DNA of 64,000 nucleotides, taken from positions 49,042,001-49,106,000 of the forward strand of contig NC_043008.1 of assembly GCF_006345805.1 (NCBI RefSeq). Direction: 5' to 3'. A program made the position numbers and the translations under genes. This DNA is from Octopus sinensis (Eukaryota). A model generated the notes under the pieces. The model was not told the origin of the DNA, made no database searches, and saw nothing but the letters and a program-made list of their open reading frames with translations. How positions within the stretch are numbered: the first letter of the stretch is position 1; each line of letters opens with the position of its first letter. Below are positions 26,694-39,500 of the stretch, one piece after another.

Positions 26694-28513
26694 GTTATTA
26701 TTATTATTATTATCATTATTATTAATATTATTATTATTATATTATTATTATTATCATTAATATTATTATTATTATCATTATTATTAATTCTGTTAATACT
26801 TATTTTTTCTAACCAGTTCTTTCACAAACATCTCTGTTGTTGATTTGATTTTCTTGTTTGTTTGTTTTTTTCTTTTCTTCTTCTTCTTCTTCTTCTTTTC
26901 ATTTCTTGTTGTTGTTGTTGTTATTGATGATGATGTTGATGTTGTTTTTCTTTTTTAATTCCTTTTCTAAATTCCACACTAAACCTTGTTCTTCAACTCA
27001 GTTTGAATGTTTCTTTCTATCTTTTAATCCACTGGAATCATTCCATTAACCAGAAAATTTGCCTGAGGACTTTTGGTTTGGTAAGTTCTTTGCCTTGGAT
27101 ATTAGAAAAATACGGAACGCATCATACAGTTCTATATTTAAGAGACGAGGAATTATGTACATTATTTATATTATTTACATTTGACAGATATTTGTCCTCA
27201 TCTTGTATGTTGCTAACACAGCGTTTTGGCTGATATACCCTCCACCCTTCATCAGGTGTCTTGGGGAAATTTCAAACCTGGGTTCGATTCCAGGCAGTGA
27301 CCTGAATAATAATAATAATAATAGTAGTAATAATAATAATAAATGCCCTGATGCAGTACCAGGCAGTGGCTTTCATGGCTTCTGATCTTAACTGATTGGA
27401 AGTGTTATCATGTACATTGTTTTGTCTTGGTATAAAAGATGGGCTACAGTAAATATTCTGCTCAATACCACAGATTTGCTTGTCAGTTGTTTGACCTTAA
27501 CCAGTTGAGCATGTCCCTTAGTGGCTGACGATATGTGCATCTCTGATCACGAGCAGAAGTAGTGGGGGAGCATTATAGCCATGTGTTGAGAGGAATTCTA
27601 TGGGATCTGAATAAATTACCTCTGGAAACATGGGTGTTTCATTCAACATCCTTAAACAACTCTTATTTAGGGACTTTTTGAGCGGGATGCGTTACTCGAC
27701 CAGAAGAAAATTCTAACTGGGCCCCACCTGCAAGGTCATTTGCTGTTTATCTTGATATGAGATCACCATGTCGTGCACATATGGTTGTGATGCATGTGCC
27801 TAGTGTACCCTTACCCGACGGGTAGTCACGATGGGTATACTGGGCTTTGTATATTTTACCCCAGTGTCACTTTGATGGCATGCACTGCTCTCTCACCCAA
27901 TAATAATAATTATAATGACATCGAAAAATTCCTTAGGAATGACAACCCAGGTTTGAAATTTTCCCAAGACACCTGATGAAGGTTGGAGGGTATATCAGCC
28001 GAAATGTTGTGTTAACAACAAACAAGATGAGGACAAATATCCGTCAAATGTAAATTATGTACTTAACACATTGTCCTAGAATCTAAAATACACACACAGG
28101 GCATAATACATATGTTGGTGTGACACATATACATCATATAGATGTACATACACACACACACACACACACATGCATAAATATAAACAGACATATACATACA
28201 TATATACAAACACACACATGAATGTATATTCTGTGGAATTTGGGTTTTATGAATGCCTCACTTCACTAATGAATTGGGTGTTGAACAACTTTGCGAACAT
28301 AAAACTTCTCAGATGAGGAACGGTGTCTTGCGTAATGAACACGCACGTTGGCGACAATGGTCGGTGCCAGGCTGGGAGTATAAGCGGCCGAGCGTTGGAT
28401 GCTGTCTAGCTTTGGCTCTGTGCACATCCCTGTTTGAAGTCACCGTGTCCTCTCTTGAATTTCCTACAGAAAGAAATTGACTGAAACGAGTAAAAGATAA
28501 AAGATATGAATGA

Positions 28514-28546
<33 letters not shown>

Positions 28547-29878
28547 CGTGGCATTCTGTCAGTTACGACGACGAGGGTTCCAGTTGATCCGATAAACGGA
28601 ACAGCTTGCTCGTGAAATTAGCGTGCAAGTGGCTGAGCACTCCACAGATAGGTGTACCCTTAACGTAGTTCTCGGAGGAGATTCAGTGTGACACAGAGTG
28701 TGTCAAGGCTGACCCTTTGAAATAAAGGTACAACAGAAACAGGGAGAAAAAGTGAGAGAAAGTCGTGGTGAAAGAATACAGCTGGGCTCACCACCACGCC
28801 CTGCCGGAGCCACATGGAGCTTTAGGTGTTTCTACTCAATAAACACCCACGACGCTTGGTCTGGGAATCAAAACTGTGCTTCTATGACTGCGAGTCCACT
28901 GCTCTGACCACTGGGCCTTTGTGCCTCCACATATATATATCATCATCATCATCATTGTTTAATGTCCATCTTTCATGTATGCAAGGGTAGGATGGTTGAC
29001 AGGAGCTGGCCAGGTAGAAAATCTACCCAAGGATACTATATACAAGAGGGTGCTGAGTTCTTGGTTTTAAGGGTGTCTTGAAAGATCTAGTTGGAGGCCC
29101 AACCTTCAGAGTTCTTTTACAGGACTTAGAAAATCTGATGGGCTTCTTTCAGTTTCTGTCAACCAAATTCACTCACAAGGCTCTGGTCGGCCTGAGGCTA
29201 TAGTAGAAGACACTTACCCAAGGTGCCAAGCAGTGGGACTGAACCCGGAACCATGTGGTTGGGGACCAAGCAACTTAACGCTATTATTTTTTTTTTACGA
29301 ATATCTTTTCTCTACCTTCTAACATTTTCCTTCCCTCCAAAAATGGAACAATTTCAGCTCACCAAGGGCCACCGCCACCCTAACCACCACCACCACCACC
29401 CTCCACTTACAAATAAAATAACAAAATGAATAAATAAATAAATAAATGAAACAAAATATTTTCTTTCTTCAGGTTTGCTTCTTTTTAACTGGGCATTTTT
29501 ATTTGTTTATTATTTTTTTTTATTATTATTTTTAAATAACAAAAATTTTAACATTTTTTTTTCTCAGCCAGAATAAAGACTGTATAAAAGTAGAACTCAA
29601 TACAGGCTCCATTGGTTTCAGTTGGCAACCTTGTTTTTTTTTTTGTTCTTGTTACATATTATTATTGTTGTTATTATTATTATTTTGCATGACTAAAATT
29701 GTGTTTTATTCGGTTGGTTTCAAAGTCTTATAAACATGTTCAGAATGGTTTTTGCTTGTTTTTATGTTTTGTGTCTGTTGCTCCACCAAATTTAATACTT
29801 AATTGCTTTCAAATGAAATATATTCGTTAATTGTTGTTCATATTATTATCATTGTCATCATCATTATTATTATTATTA

Positions 29879-29959
<81 letters not shown>

Positions 29960-30029
29960 TATTATTATTATTATTATTATTATTATCATTATTAGTATTA
30001 TTATTATTATTATTATTATTATCATTATT

Positions 30030-30070
<41 letters not shown>

Positions 30071-32702
30071 GGCAATCTGGCAGAACCGTCAGCATGCTGG
30101 ACAGTGGTATTTTGCCCATCGCTACATTCTGGGTTAAAATTCCGCCAAGGTCGACTTTACCTTTCATCCTTCCGGGGTCAGTTAGTTAGTTAATTTTTTG
30201 GCTCAAAAAGCAAAAAGCAAGGCCATGTAGGGAGACATGGAGTTATGTACAGGGTGGTGTTCATGTAAAGAGTCCAGGCCATTTGTGGTCAAGGGAGACT
30301 TTGAACCGAGCGGTCATCGGCATCTTCACTATCTCATCTGGCAGCTTATTCCACGAATCCACAACCCGGATGGAGAAAGCCCCTCTCCTTCGATTGAGAT
30401 GAAATCGTCGCAGGTCAATAAATTAAGTACCTGTGAAACAATGGGGTCGATATATTCAACTCGTCCCCTCCCCTGCAGTTCCAGGCTTGTGCCTATAGTA
30501 GAAAGGGTTATTATTATTATTATTTTTAAGGCAGCGAGCTGGCAGAGTTGTTAGCATGCCGAGTGAATTACTCATCAGCATTTCGTCTCAACTTATTTAT
30601 CCGCATTGTTTTGAATTAACCAAGCATTATCTCGTAGCTTTGAGATTGTATATTTTTAGAGTGACATTGTAGAGTAGGTGTGAGAGGCCAGATCTGGACT
30701 GGATATGGCTAGTTTAACAACTTAAAAAGTTGCCGATATTAAATGTGCCTCTGTCTCTTTAGGTTCGTCAAGATTGCCAAAGAGGAATTTCTCTGATTTT
30801 ATAGGATTTCTCTCCCTTTGTTATTTACGACAGATAATGCTAGAACCATGATTTGGTTACTGCTGCTAGTATCATACTCTGTCACATCTCTAATTAATTA
30901 ATCAATAGTTATATTGTTAATTTCTGCTTGTTTCAGTCATTGGACTGTTGCTGTGCTGGGGCACCGCTCTGAAAAGTTTAGTCAAACAAATCACCCCCTG
31001 AGAAATTTCAACCATGTTTCGTGGTCTGCTACCACAAAGAGCTCCTTTATAGGATCCAGTTAGCTCAAGACATCATCAGGAGGAACCACGTCTGGTTTTG
31101 GTCCCTATTCCTCTCCTGTGTTGATGTGGTGGGCCCCCCATTTTCGGAGGTGTCTTCAGCTCCGGTGTTGGGTGCATGTCTTCTTGCTTCTTTCTTCTGT
31201 TCCCTGGCCTCTTCGATGTAGCGTCAACGAGTGTCAGCGGGCAACTGACTGTCTTGTCAAATTTTTTCCCTTTAAATACCTGCTGCTAGGCTCCAGCAGG
31301 CAGCCCCAGCAAGTTGTCACGTGACACTGTCTCAACTTTAACTGACCAATGAAGGCGCGTAGTCTTAGCCCACGCATTCTCTAAACGACCGTCACCTGTC
31401 AATCAGTGAAGCTAATTCGGTGTCAGCTTGTCAATTTTTTGACCCCTGTATTCATTTTATGTTTAAAAAAATCTGGGGCAAGGAAGCAAGAAAAGCTCAA
31501 ATTAGCAGCAAAAATAAGATTTAAATACAAAGAACTCGATTGAAGGAAATGGCAATAGCATAGTCTATAATCTACACATGCTATAGCAGGATCGGATCTT
31601 GTAAGCCACAGATAAGACATTGCAGGATTTCTTTACCATTTGATGGCACCAGAATTTTTTATTTCTTTTATTTTACTTTGCATCTTCTTTTGCTAATAAT
31701 ATTTTTTTTGGCTATTTTATTGTTTTTTTTTCTCTTGATTTCTAGCTAATTAGGCCTCATTCATTTAACCAACAACCAATTAATACAGGGCATCGTTACA
31801 CTTTTATTTCTACATGATTTAAAACTTTGTTTTGTCACTAAAAATTCTATACATATGTTATTGTTTTTTGTACTTTTTCAACTTTTTTTTCAAGATTCTG
31901 ACTTTGAACTCCTCAATCAGCAGAACTTCTCAGATTTGGCATATCTTCAGCTGGCTGCAAGAACTGGAAGTGGACCAAATTCATCTGACCAATGTGACCT
32001 CAAGTTCAGGAATTCTGGTGAGAATATCATTATTATCAGTTTTGCTTTTCATCCCTTTGCAGTCGATAAAATAAGTACCAGTTGTGCGCTGGGGATTGAC
32101 TTACTCCCTCTTCTGAAATTGTTAGCTTTGGGCCAGAGTTTCAAACCATTATTATTGAGTGAGAGAGCAGTGCATGCCATCAAAGTGACACTGGGGTATA
32201 ATTATACGAAGCCCAGTATACCCATTATGACTACCCGTCTGATAAGGGTATACCAAACACATGCATCACAACCATATGTGCGTGACATGGTGATCTCATA
32301 TCAAAATAAACAGTGCATGACCTTGCAGGTAGGACCCAGTTAGAATTTTCTTCAGCCCATCCCACTAAAAGGTCCCAGAATAAGGGTTGTTTAAAGATGA
32401 TGAACAAAACACCCATGATTTCAAAGGTGAATTATCCAAACCCCAAAGAATTCCTCTCAACACATGGCTATGATGCTCCCCCACTACTTCCACTCGTGAT
32501 CAGAGATGCACATATTGTCAGCCACTAAGGACATGCTCAACTGGTTAAGGTCAAACAACTGACAAGCAAATCTGTGGTATTGAACAGAATATTTGCTGAG
32601 GCCCATCTTTTATACCAAGACAAAACAATGTACATGATAACACTTCCAATCAGTTAAGATCAGAAGCCATGAGAGCCACTGCCTGGTACTGCATCAGGGC
32701 AC

Positions 32703-32742
<40 letters not shown>

Positions 32743-33554
32743 GGATTTGATATATATATATATATGTGTATATGTTTGTGTGTCTGTGTTTGTCTCCCCC
32801 CTCCCCGACATCGCTTGGCAACCGATGGTGGTGTATTTACGTCCAGGTAACGTAGCGGTTCGGTTAAAGACACCAACAGAAAAAGTGCTAGGCTTTCAAA
32901 GAATAAGTCCTGGGGTCGATTTGCTCGATTAAAAGGCGGTGCTCCTGCATGGCCGCTGTCAGTGTAAAAATAATACAATATTGCATAAGCATTTTATAAG
33001 CATTTTTATAATGTTTCTTTCTTTTCTGGAAACTCGCCACATACCAGCAGCTGATGGCTCGCAGACCGGCGCCGGTCCGCAGGCCACCACTTTGAGAAGC
33101 GCTGACTTTATAGCCCAATCTTTGCGCGTATCTGTATTCATAATTTTGTTGGCTTATGATAACCAAGGGAGATAATGTCTTTATCAGAGTTATCTCCCTT
33201 AGGAGGACGTGGACATTGAGATAAAAATACTTTCCTTGTCACTGCTTTGAAATTCACTTTTTTCATGCCTCCTCCTCCTTCTTCTTCTTCTTCTTCTTCT
33301 TCTTCTTCTTCTCCTTCTCCTTCTCCTTCTCCTCCTCCTCTTCTTTATCATCATCATTATTGTTATTATTGATTGAGGTAATTCCTCCTGAAGATATAGA
33401 GTCATAATTAAAAGAAGAGTGCCATTGTCTGCTAGTGAATGATATTCCAACATCTTGTGTGTCTTCAACAGATTTAAAAAATAAATTTTGTCAATCTACT
33501 TCATTTTGGTTAATATATAAAGGATTGAGCTAACTCCTCTAGAGGACATATTAC

Positions 33555-33596
<42 letters not shown>

Positions 33597-36500
33597 GATT
33601 TTGACACTTTTCCCGTCTCAATCTTTCAGATCTTGGTAATGCTATCTGCAAAAATGGTATCTCTGATGCAAGTGATGCTGATGACGAGTGCAGCAACAAT
33701 GCCGGGTCCATTTCTGCAGAAGAGTTTGAGCAAAACCCACCAGATTCTCACCTGCTCAGTCAGACCATTTCCACTGTCAGTGCAACACCTACCCCTATGA
33801 ATTCATCTCAATCTGAAATCTCTTCGCTGATTCTAAACAACCAGAGGAGCGTCCCCAAATGGTCATGCGGTTTTCTCATATTTCTGGTCTTGGCCCTTGG
33901 AGCCCTTCATGCTATCTCCACCCATTACTATTACGGTAAAGTGAATCGTTTGAACCCTTTAAAGTACCGAGTGTGTTAGTGCGACCCTTTTGTGGATGTT
34001 TTTTAAGGAAATATACTGCTTAAGTTTAAGTACGTTAACGTTAACACCAACATCAAAATGAAAATCAAATTGAAATTGTAGTTAAGATACCCGTGCCAGG
34101 GACACATTAACCCTTTCGTTACCAGCCCGGCTGAAATCGGCTCTGGCTCTGAGTACAAATGTCTTGTTTCCATTAATTTTGAATTAAAATCTTCCACCAA
34201 AGCTTAGTCCCAATTTATGTTCCTAAAACTATCTTAATGATAACTAAGTTATTTTTCTAAATTCTTTGTTATATTTAAAGTAATTGAAAGAAACACAGAG
34301 CATCTCAAAATAAATACAATAACGAAAGGGTTAAAAGCACCATCCGAACGTGGCAGATGCCAGCGCCACCTTGACCAGCGACCGTGTCGGTGATGCGTAA
34401 AAGCACCAACCGATCGTAGCTGTTTGCCAGCCTCGTCTGGCCCTTGGGCCGGTGGCACGTAAAAAGCACCCACTACACTCACAGAGTGGTTGGCATTAGG
34501 AAGGGCATCCAGCTGTAGAAACTCTGCCAGATCAGATTGGTGCCTTGTACAGCCTCCTGGCTTCCCAGACCCCGGTCGAACCGTCCAACCCATGCTAGCA
34601 TGGAAAACAGACGTTAAACAATGATGAAGGCAGACTCAAGCTAATTGCTAGTTGAGAAACTTGCTTCCCAACCACATGGTTCCGGTTTCAGTCCCACTGT
34701 GTGGCACCTTGGGCAAATGTCTTCTGCTATAGCCTCGGCCTGACCAAAGCCTTGTGTGTGGATTTGGAAGATGGAAACTGAAAGAAGACTTTTGTATATA
34801 TGTATGTATTTTTGTGTCTTTTTGTTCCCACCACCATCGCTTGGCAACTGATGTTGGTGTATTTACGTTCCTGTAACTTAGCAGTTCAGCAAAAGGGACT
34901 GATAGAATAAGTACTAGGCTTATAAAGAATAAGGCTTGGGGTCTCAGAAATTCTGGGTTGGTGCCAATTTGCTGGGAGTGAGGCAGTCCATAGCTTCTTC
35001 TAAAGATTATTGCTAGGAGAAGGTCTCTCTGATATAAAACCAGATACACAAGGAATGGCATTGCTCGTTTTGAGGATCTTCTGCTATTTTATTATTTTGC
35101 TTACACATAACGGACCTAATAACCCTGTGTTAGAACTTGGTATCCATATGCTTCAAAACAAAGTACAGAGCAGTGATATGAAATTATAATGACAAAAGAA
35201 ATAAATTGTATCGTGGCTTACAGCTGTTTCAGCTTTAAGATGCTATGCACTCATTGTTGAGTGCTTGTGCATCATCATATAGATTCATTGGAGTTTCAAA
35301 CATGAAGTGCAATATGTTTGAAGCTCTAAGGTGAAATACAGTCATTCAAGTATGAGTGCTTTGCATCTGACAGCAGAAACATCTGTAAGCCAATGCAGAA
35401 CATGACATAATTTCTCGGTCCTTTGTCATTATTGTTTCTGAGAGATAGACATTGTCATATAGGAGTTCCATTGTTGGTTCAGATGTAGAACTGTCCAATC
35501 AGTTTGAAATTTACCCCACCCCCTCTGCTAATTAGGATCCCAAGTTCTTCAATTTATGTGTGACTGTTGAACCAAGTTTATAAAAAAATTTTCCTTTAAA
35601 TTTAATTTGAATTTATCAATCAATTAATTGAATTGTTTCTTTTTGTGTTTTTATTTTTCAGGAGATAATCATTTTAACATTGCCACAGATGATCCTAATC
35701 TAATACAACAGATGGTACGTTTTTATATATATATATATCATCATCATCATCATTGTTTAACGTCCGCTTTCCATTTTTGGCATGGTTTCTATAGCTGAAC
35801 ACCCTCAGTGCGTTATTTCATGGCACCAGCACTAGAGAGGCTGCCTTATCTTCTGCAATACCAAAATACAATACCTGCCTCCTCTATATTGTCTGTTTGC
35901 ATTCTTAGGCCATGCGGCTGAAAGAGTGAACGAAAATGAGAGTATTAGTAAAGAGAGAATGATTGTGAGAGGGTGAAAGAAAGAAGAGCATGGATCTGAT
36001 GGGAGAAACAGAATGGTAGGAGTGAGAGGGTGGCGAGGGATGAAGTAATGGGAGAGAGACAATGATAGGCTGCTATATGTTGAGTGTTGTGATGATGGAA
36101 GAGGGAGGTGTGTAGGGGGAGAGGATGATGGAAGAATGAGAAATAGAGCAGGGTTGCTGATGTATGGCTGCACTGAGTTATTGAGGAGGGAGTAGTGTGA
36201 GAAAGAAAGAAAGTAGAAAGCAATAGAAATAGGTGATGGTGTGAGAGAGGTGGGATGATGCAGAGGATAGAAGAGAATGTCCATGATAGATGGGGTGATA
36301 ACAAAGAAGATGGGAGGGCAATACAATTCCTCCTTCACTGTTGCCTGAAATGTGTGTGGCTTAGTGGTTAGGGCATTCCGCTCATGATCGTAAGGTCATG
36401 AGTTCAATTCCAGCCCATGCGTTGTGTCCTTGAGCAGGGCACTTTATTTTCATGTTGCTCCAATCCACTGAGTAGTCAAAAATGAGTTGAACCTGTATTT

Positions 36501-39500
36501 CGAAGTGGAGCCATCTTTGTCACATTCTGTGTCATGCTGAATCTCCCTGAGAACTACGTTAACTGTATGTTGTTGCTGTTGAGCGAACGGTCTTCGTCCC
36601 AGAGCTCACAAGATGGGAGAAGTCCGAAACGTGGTCCTTTGCTATTCGTAAGACCCGCAGAAAAGAAAGCAGGTCAACCCCCGACGCCGAGAGCATCAAC
36701 AGATGGATGAATGCGCATCCAGGCTCAGCGGTTGCGTAGGAAGTTGGGGACATGAAACAGGAAGAAAGAGTGAGAGAAAGTTGGGGCAAAAGAGTACAAC
36801 AGGGGTCGCCACCACCCCCTGCCGGAGCCTCGTGGAGCTTTAGGTGTTTTTCGCTCAATAAACACACACAACGCCTGGTCTGGGAATTGAAACCATGATC
36901 CTCCGACCGCGAGTCCGCTGCCTTAACCATTGGGCCATTGGCGCCTCCACTTTAAATGTATGTGTCTGTGGAGTGCTCAGCCACTTGTATGCTAATTTCA
37001 CAAGCAGGCTGTTCTGTTGATCGGATCAACTGGAACCCCTGTCACCGTAACTGACGGGGTGCCAGTTGCCATCAACAACATTCAAACAAGGTACCATATC
37101 CCCGTGGCCAAAGATAAAAGATATATTTTTTCCTCTTTCTTTTTTTTTGTTTTTAATTTTAAATTTTTCTTTCTTTTTAAACAGGAGACTGTTTATCAAC
37201 TTAACGAGCAGAATAAACTCCTAACCAAACATGTGCATTCGTTGAAAGAAGAACTTCAGAATGTGCTATCTTCGAAACATCTGTTATCCGAAGAACTGCA
37301 TCAGATGAATAACATGCTCAAGAACCGAATCTCAGATCTTGACGTACAGATTGTGGAGCTGCGACAAGACATCTCTGGGGTTATCTCTAAACCAGAGACA
37401 ACAGATCCTTTTATTGTAATCAATGAAGAAACTGATGCCAGGCCTGAAGATAACGGTAAGCACAAGCTTTCTCCTATTTTCTCTCCATGTGCTTTGACCC
37501 AATTTTGCCATATTCCTGGCATACCAGGAACAGCCTAAACATAATCTCTACCGGATTCCCACTAAAGCTGTAATGAACAACATAGAAAAAGAAGTTAAAA
37601 TACTAAATACAGGCAACCAATCACATTGCAGCATTGTGGTCATGTGTTTATGACTCATTGTATAACAATGGTATCCTCCATAGCTTTTTCTTTTTTTTTT
37701 CTTTTACTTGTTTGGATGGCTTTATTGAGTTCACTTGATCTAACAGCACTTGGACATCTTCCTGGTGGGGCCAGAGTACATGAGCAGATACGAGCAGAAA
37801 ATGGGAACCGGTATTAAGGAAGGATAGAAAAAAAATTAGATTTATTAGCACTAAAATTCACTTCATAATTGCCCCACTGGCATGTGGCGTAGTGGTTAAG
37901 AGCGCAGGCTACTAACCCCAAGATTCTGAGTTCAATTCCAAGCAGTGACCTGAACAACAACAATAATAATAATAAGTGGCACATAAAAAACACCGTCCGA
38001 GCGTGGCACATAAAAAGCACCCACTACACTCACGGAGTGGTTGGCGTTAGGAAGGGCATCCAGCCGTAGAAACACTGCCAGATCTGACTGGCCTGGTGCA
38101 GCCTTCGGGCTTCCCAGACCCCAGTTGGACCGTCCAACCCATGCTAGCATGGAAAGCGGACGTTAAACGATGATGATGATGATGATGAATAACATAGAAA
38201 AATACCTTAGGAATGAGAACCCAGGTTTGAAATTTTCCCAAGACACCTGATGAAGGCTGGAGGGTATATCAGCTGAAATGTTGTGTTAATAACAAACAAG
38301 ATGAGTAGAAATATCTGTCGAATGTACATAATTCCTCATCTTTTGAATATAGAACTGAAGTCTGTTATTGTTATTCTCCTAAATACTTTTTTTCTCTTTT
38401 TTTTCTTGTGATTCTGTTCATTAGTTTAACTTGCAATGAACAAATACGGTAATCAGAAGAGAAAGACTTATCCCTGTTATCCTCCTGAATTTTTGTTGTG
38501 ATTCTGTCCATTACTTTGTCTGCAATCTCCAGTTACTCTTGCGTTGTGTGTATGCAACAATTATGTTTTTCTCACACAGGAGCCACTGCAGGGTGGGTGT
38601 GGGTGGGGCTAAGGTCTGAGAGGGTGAATCTTGCTTGTCACATTACCTAGACGAAACCTGTCTCTTTCGATATAAAAACAAAACAAAACAGTGAATAATA
38701 CATGCAGTGATATTGTGGATAGCTGACAAACACCACAGCATGATGCCTGTCGATGGTATATATACATTTTGTATGATACATAGATGGCTATTTTAATGCT
38801 GTTTTAATTGTGGACACCGAGTTCTTTTTTTTTTTGAATTTTGTAAGTCGTTCAATAGTTATCTCCCTTAGAGTCAGTTTTGTCAGTTTGTCATTCGTAG
38901 GTTTGTGTTTAAACACGTCGTAGGAAGGTGTCTCACCACCACCACCATCGGCAGCAGCAGCGTCACAGCCACTACCACGATCTTCACCACCACCACCACC
39001 ACCACCACCATCGTCATCATCATCAACATCATCACCGTCATCATGAATGGCATGATTTTAATCAGCCATTTCTAAACTGACAAGCCAAGTTTTCAAACCA
39101 GATTTCATTACTGATGTGTACTAATTAAAAGACCTCTTCCTCTAACTATAATGACCCCTGCTCCTCACAGATGGATGAGCTCATGCCACCTCTATTCAGA
39201 CATTCCCAACCCAATCATCTCTCCTCCTCATCTTCCTTCTTCCTCCTCTTCAACCTCATCTTCCTCCTCATCTCCTTCCTCATGTTCTTCCTCCTCCTCC
39301 TCTTCCCCTTCCTCTGCCGCCACCGCCTCCTCCCCCTCCAATCACCCTCTTTCTGTCCAGTAACCCCTCCCCTCATACCCTACACAGAATCCCTAGTGTT
39401 GACCCCCACCCCAGTCACCCCTTCCCTCCTCATATCTCAGAAAACCAATAGGAACGATCATTCACTGACATTATTGCTTACCCGTCTGTTTGTCCCACAT

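Noticed and set aside
30763-30870. Acceptor-like site and non-repeat sequence in intron 4
   Set aside because: All frames stop before a strong donor.
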